Below, in pieces: positions 38,218 to 64,000 of a stretch of DNA of 64,000 bases (positions are counted from its first letter, which is position 1; each line of letters opens with the position of its first letter). The translations under genes and the position numbers were made by a program. Below the pieces are notes generated by a model. That model was not told the origin of the DNA. It did not search any database and saw only the letters and a list, made by a program, of their open reading frames with translations. The DNA is from the human T2T-CHM13v2.0 reference genome, Homo sapiens. The stretch lies in the NCBI RefSeq assembly GCF_009914755.1, contig NC_060941.1. One strand, written 5' to 3'.

Positions 38218-39480
38218 CGTCTCCAGGCTGGGGGAAAGGCGCAGACCCGGGGTTCAGCCAGGCCCAACGAGGGGCTTAAGACTCAACTCAGAGGCAGCGG
38301 TCACCCTTCTAAGGCCGCTCCAGTACCACCGTTGGGTCACACGCGGGGGCACTAAAGGCGGGGGTCGGTGCAGGCTGGAGAACGGCCACTCCAGTGCCGC
38401 CACCTCCTAGCGGACCTCGGGGGAGCCGCTGGACCCCTGGGACTTGACCCTCCCTGGGGAGCGGGACTCGATGTCGGCCTGGTAGGGGACTGGCGTGAAG
38501 GGGGAAGAAACCTTGACGCCAGCGTCCCCGCGGGCCTGGCCCTGAGCAGGCCGCCCGGCGGTGAAGTTAGGACCCCCGGCCCCTTCCCGGGAGAATCGGC
38601 TCCGCGCCGGGCCAGGGGAAGGGCAGAGCTTCCTTCTCCGCACCCGGCCAGGCGGCCCGGCTGGCCCGAAACGCCACAGGGGCGCCCCTCGCGAGACTCC
38701 TCCGGAGCCACGCGGCGGGCAGCGTTTGCTGTGTGAAGTGACAGGAGCCCACACGCCTCCGCGTCCTCACCGCGCGAGGGCCCCGCCGTGTCCGCCGCGC
38801 GCCTTTGGCTCCGAGGGCGCCGGGTGCCGGTGTCCCGGGCCCGCCCCTCTCCGGCCTCGCCGCCGCCCGGGGCCCCTGCAGCTCCCGGGGCGCCGCGAAC
38901 GCCCGCACCGCGCCGGGGCCGCCGCCGGGCCGCAGCCGGGCCCAAGGCTCCGCGCCGCCACCGGAAGGTGCCCGGTCCTGCGCGGTCCGGGCGGCCCACG
39001 GTGCGGCGGGAAACGCGTTCCCCGGAAACCGCGCCCGGCTCCGAGGGGACCGGCGACGAGAGGTCGCGGCGCGGGGTCGGAGGTCAGAGGCTGAGGTCAC
39101 CACCGTACCCGTCAGGCCGTGGCTAGAGAGGGGTCGGGGCTCGCCGGGACTCACCGACAGCTCGCTGGAAACGAGGCATGTGGAAATTGGGCCTCGCTGA
39201 GGCGCACATAAGGCCCGGGCCGCGGGTAGACCGTGGGCGCTGAGGCCCTGCGCTGCCCAGCCCCCAAGTTCGCATTGGGGGCTTCATCCCGTTATATCCT
39301 AAAGCGGCCCCAGAGCCCTGCCTCGAACCCACTCACCTGCCGCCTCTGAAAGCCACTCACTTTCCGCCGCTGCGTTGCGGAAAATCACCCTCCAGGGACC
39401 TTCCTTGCCCGCCCTGGGTTTCCGCAGCCGCCAGCCTTCGATCGACTTTCCTACCCGCCGTGGACCCTCCTTGGGTTATT
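37930..39480. promoter_or_regulatory. DUS1L CpG-island promoter and non-coding first exon (~38771-38960, minus)
   Basis: High CpG density. Minus-strand donor GCG|GTGAGG at 38771/38770, acceptor at 38228, and CCGGAA ETS motifs at ~38961 and ~39022. Confidence 0.75.
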
Positions 39481-39580
39481 TCGAGCTGTGGGGACCCACT
39501 GGGAACCCCAGAGTGGATGTGAAGGTTATTTTAAACTGAAGGCATTTGAGACCCAACAGATGTAAAAAGCAGCTTTGTCA

Positions 39581-40644
<1,064 letters not shown>

Positions 40645-40921
40645 GATAGAACAGCCTTGGTGGTCTTCAGAGGTGGCCAGATGTCCCTGGTGGACTGCAA
40701 GGTTGGGTGCACACTAAGGAAAGACAGGCGAGGGCCCCAGCTGTCCACCGCCCTGGCTGAACGTGAGGCTTTGTACAAGCAAAAAGTAAAAGCCAAGTCC
40801 AAATTGTAAAAACTACCTGAATTCCAAATGCAGCCACAACCCACACACAGCGCCATCAGCAGAGGCTGGAGGCCCTACTGGTTCAGAATATTTAAGCACA
40901 GTATCGAACCAGTAATTGTAA

Positions 40922-49453
<8,532 letters not shown>

Positions 49454-50897
49454 TTAGGTGTACCAGCGCTAACTAGTAACCAGCTAATAGATCTTGGGCC
49501 TTGAGACACACCCATCTGAGTATTCAATGTCTCACGAATTCTGAGGTTTTCTAGTCTGGTTGGTAGGAACAGGCACTGGTTTCCAGACCTGTGCAGTATC
49601 TGGCACTGTTCCGTCTAATCCTCCTGCTGGTTTCCTGCTCGCACGCATTGAAGGTGCTTGGCCTGGTGCTCACAGGAGAGCCCCCGTAGCCTCCTGCCTG
49701 GCGGTCCCGGGACAGCCCCTGCACTCCGCCACTGTCTGCCAGCTCCCCCCGGGTGCTCTGTCCTGCAATCCTCAGCCTCATTTTCCCCCCGGACTCTCAG
49801 CTCCACTTCCTCAACTCGGGGGGTCTGCTGGACTCCACCTCTCACTGTGCCCGGCCTGGAAGCTGCCAGGCAGAAGGCTGAGGTTACCCTAGGGCTCCTG
49901 GCACCTTGTTCCCACCCAGGGGTCACCGTCCTTCTTTGGCGGAGGCCTGGTATCCCCACAGCCAGCACCTCCTGTCCTTTGCCTGGATTTTCAGCTGTTT
50001 CCGGTGGGAGGGTGAATCCAGGCCTCGCTACTCTCTGGATCAGAACTCCAATTCGTTACATTAATTTTCATTTTAATTCGAAAGAAAAAATAACTGAAGT
50101 GAAGATAATTGTGTGACTTAAGGTAACTGTATCTTCATAACAAAGATACGTGGTTTCTCTTAGGTCTCCCTGAAGCTTATTTGCAACTTGGATGCACCTC
50201 AGGCCCATCAGAGCGCCTCCTCCCCTGGCAGCAGCTGAGCCAGGAACTTCAGAGACCCCTGGACACCACATTCCGGTACCGGAGAGCCGGGAGAAGCAGG
50301 AGGGGTGACAAGAGCCCATGTGCTGGGCACTACCCGCCTTGCCCTGCAGGGCCTGAGGCTGTGGAGCTAAAGCAGTTTAGTTCTGAGGCCACCCCCAGAT
50401 AGGCCTGTGAGCCTCTGTCCTCCCTGGTGGCCCTGAGCCTGTGTGCACGGCTGGGGTGGGAGTGGCCGGAGGAGGGGTGGAGAGAGGCCAGAGGGGACCA
50501 CGGCTGAAGGGAGCAGCTGCCTAGTGTTGGGGGACCGCAGGAGGGGTGTGGCTGAGCCTCGCTCCGATGCCCGCCTGCTGTCCACACTCACGCCTGGACA
50601 CTGCCCACCTGCAGCCGCTGCACCAGGCCCACCCCCCCAGCAGGCCCGTGGTGTTCACTGTAGTCCTGGCCCACTACCCTGCCCTGGGAGATGGCCCCTG
50701 CGCCCACCCCTCCCCTGCCTCTCCAGCAGGGGCTCTCCCAGCCCCCACCCACCTCTGTGCCTTGGCACTCACACTGAAAGGGCCTCTTCTGTGGGCATGC
50801 CGTGCCTTCCGGAACCCCGGGCTGGCCTGCTTTGCCCATTCCCGAAATCCAATCCTGGCTCTCGCTCCTGCCCATGCCTCTACCCCAAGCTCATGTC

Positions 50898-51733
50898 CAC
50901 CCAGCGGCCCCCCGCACAGCCACCCGTGGGGTGCTGCCCTTATGGGTCCTGGAGGCTGTGTCCACCCCACCCCTCGATGCCGGGGGTCCAGGTGCCCAGG
51001 GCTCCCTGTCCCTTGCTCCCTCCCAGCCTCCACTCCTTTGCCTAAACCCAAGTCTTCTGGGTCAACCTGGCCAGCCAGTGGCGCTATTGACACCGTCCTG
51101 GTGAGGCTGTGACGGCATCTTTGGCAGGGCGAATGCCTGCAATCCACTGACTTCAAGCAAATACTATTCTCCACGAGGGGCCTCTCCTCAGCTGAAGCCA
51201 ACTTCCCAGTGTCTGTACCTCCTACACGTTTCTCACTGGTGGTGTTTCTTGGCCAGAGCCTCGGTACCCCCCCCCCGCCAGTCCCAGCGCTTTCCCGGGA
51301 AGCCCGGGGCTGCCACGCGGGCTCCTTCCTCACTCCCCGGCCCAGCCCCGGCTCTGGGACATGGCCTAGGGGTGTGTGGGAACTGGGGACCAGAGGACAG
51401 AGGGCATCCCCTTCACGGCCCCGTGACTGGGTGGGGTGGAGCTGGAGAGCTTGCAGCTGCCAGGTCAGGGAGGAGGGAAGAAAGGACGGTGGTGGAGATC
51501 ACATGCGGTTTAATTGTGGGAGGCTGAGAGCAGCATTTTTACCAAATTGGTGTAAAAATGAAACGGGGTCCAGACGTGTACACTGACAGTTACAGTAAAT
51601 TTCAAAATCCAAGCAGCAATTTGAATCATTTCTTGAAAAACAAACACAGACAAACACCAAACATGGAGTTGGTGCCCGGCGCCGGGCATAAGGGCAGCAC
51701 CCCACGGGTGGCTGTGCGGGGGGCCGCTGGGTG
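50898..51733. repeat. Perfect 47-bp inverted repeat (arms 50898-50944 and 51687-51733; 742-bp spacer)
   Basis: CACCCAGCGGCCCCCCGCACAGCCACCCGTGGGGTGCTGCCCTTATG at 50898 is the exact reverse complement of 51687-51733. Confidence 0.97.
51509..51514 (-). terminator. FASN poly(A) signal ATTAAA
   Basis: TTTAAT on the + strand at the end of an AU-rich stretch, ~785 nt after the FASN stop. Confidence 0.8.
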
Positions 51734-52297
51734 TGGCCGGGCCCTGTGTGCCTGTGCAGGGGCCCAGCTCCTCGGGGACTGGCCCACGACCCCCCACTCA
51801 GCGGGCTGAGCCAATGCCTGGCCGAGAGGGGGCCGCAGCCAGCAGGCTTGGGTGGCTGCCCGCGCCCGCAGGGGACATCGGGGAAATGGGGGCAGAGTGC
51901 GGGACCCACACGCTGCCTGAGGAGTCTTGGCAGGGTGGACAGGCCTGGGGGTCTCTACCAGCAATGCAATAAATATGCAAATCCAAGCACAGAAAGACCA
52001 AGCGCAGACCCCACGGGCGCACGAGGCCCAGCCCAGTTCCTGCGGGCACGGGCACCACCGGCTCTTCACAGACCAGGAGTCTCCAAGTCGGCAGCTCTGG
52101 TGTCCCCGAGGTGCCGTGGGAGGCGGCGGGTGGGTGGGACATGCCTAACACCTACGTCTAGCAGCCTCGGGGGGCAGTGGCACTGGGCCGGACAGGGTCC
52201 CACCGGCAGGACCCTTCAATCCCGTTGCATGGCGGGGGTGGGGTGGGGTGGGGTGGGGATGGTGGAGTGACCTCCGGTGGCAGGCGGGGGCACGGGC

Positions 52298-63719
<11,422 letters not shown>

Positions 63720-64000
63720 CTGGGGTGGGAACAGGACACTCAGGTTGCAACCTCCAGCAGGTGCAGCTGTTGGGGGCGGCCCCCGGCCCCACTAGGCCAT
63801 CTCCACCCCCGCGCCCCATCGACCCTCCCAGGTCTCCTGATAGGAAAGAAGCCCCTATGGCCCCCACACAGCCCCACTGAGACCCCTCCTCCCCTCCCGT
63901 CCTGCCCCCAGCACAAGGCTCTGCCTAGCAAAGGGGCTGTCAGGGGCCCCGGACTCAACACTGCAGCTCCTGGGCTCCAGGGAAAGCCAGAGCCCTGGGG

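Noticed and set aside
38352-39200. Overlapping 110-215 aa ORFs upstream of DUS1L
   Set aside because: CpG-island composition effect; no coding signature.
51968-51973. AATAAA within the FASN 3' UTR
   Set aside because: It is on the + strand, so it is the wrong orientation for FASN, and there is no supporting plus-strand gene.

Overview
This is GC-rich, gene-dense human (or very close primate) genomic DNA that I recognise as 17q25.3. Gene order: 3' half of LRRC45 (+), RAC3 (+), DCXR (-), an ERV/Alu-filled intergenic block, RFNG (-) head-to-head with GPS1/CSN1 (+), DUS1L (-), an ~11 kb Alu/L1/MER4 block, and the 3' ~78% of FASN (-), which continues beyond the window. I walked the splice sites by hand. 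The joined exons give RAC3 192 aa, DCXR 244 aa, RFNG 331 aa, GPS1 491 aa, DUS1L 473 aa and FASN residues 561-2511, matching the lengths I recall for these proteins. Most entries in the supplied ORF track are GC-driven noise. I see no new multi-gene system. The best second-look items are: (1) a perfect 47-bp non-repeat inverted duplication bracketing the FASN poly(A) site; (2) a box C/D snoRNA-like element in FASN intron 11; (3) a 31-bp minisatellite at the last RFNG acceptor that is an array of branch-point modules with an in-frame cryptic AG; (4) an 81-nt stop-free GC-AG intron in DUS1L; (5) a dual-use GPS1 exon 1b; (6) a solo LTR13 with intact TSD and an internally deleted HERV-K11 remnant upstream of DCXR; (7) a CCAAT-rich 42-bp minisatellite; and (8) tightly spaced or fused inverted Alus. 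Repeat subfamily names come from recalled consensus sequences and need RepeatMasker/Dfam confirmation.
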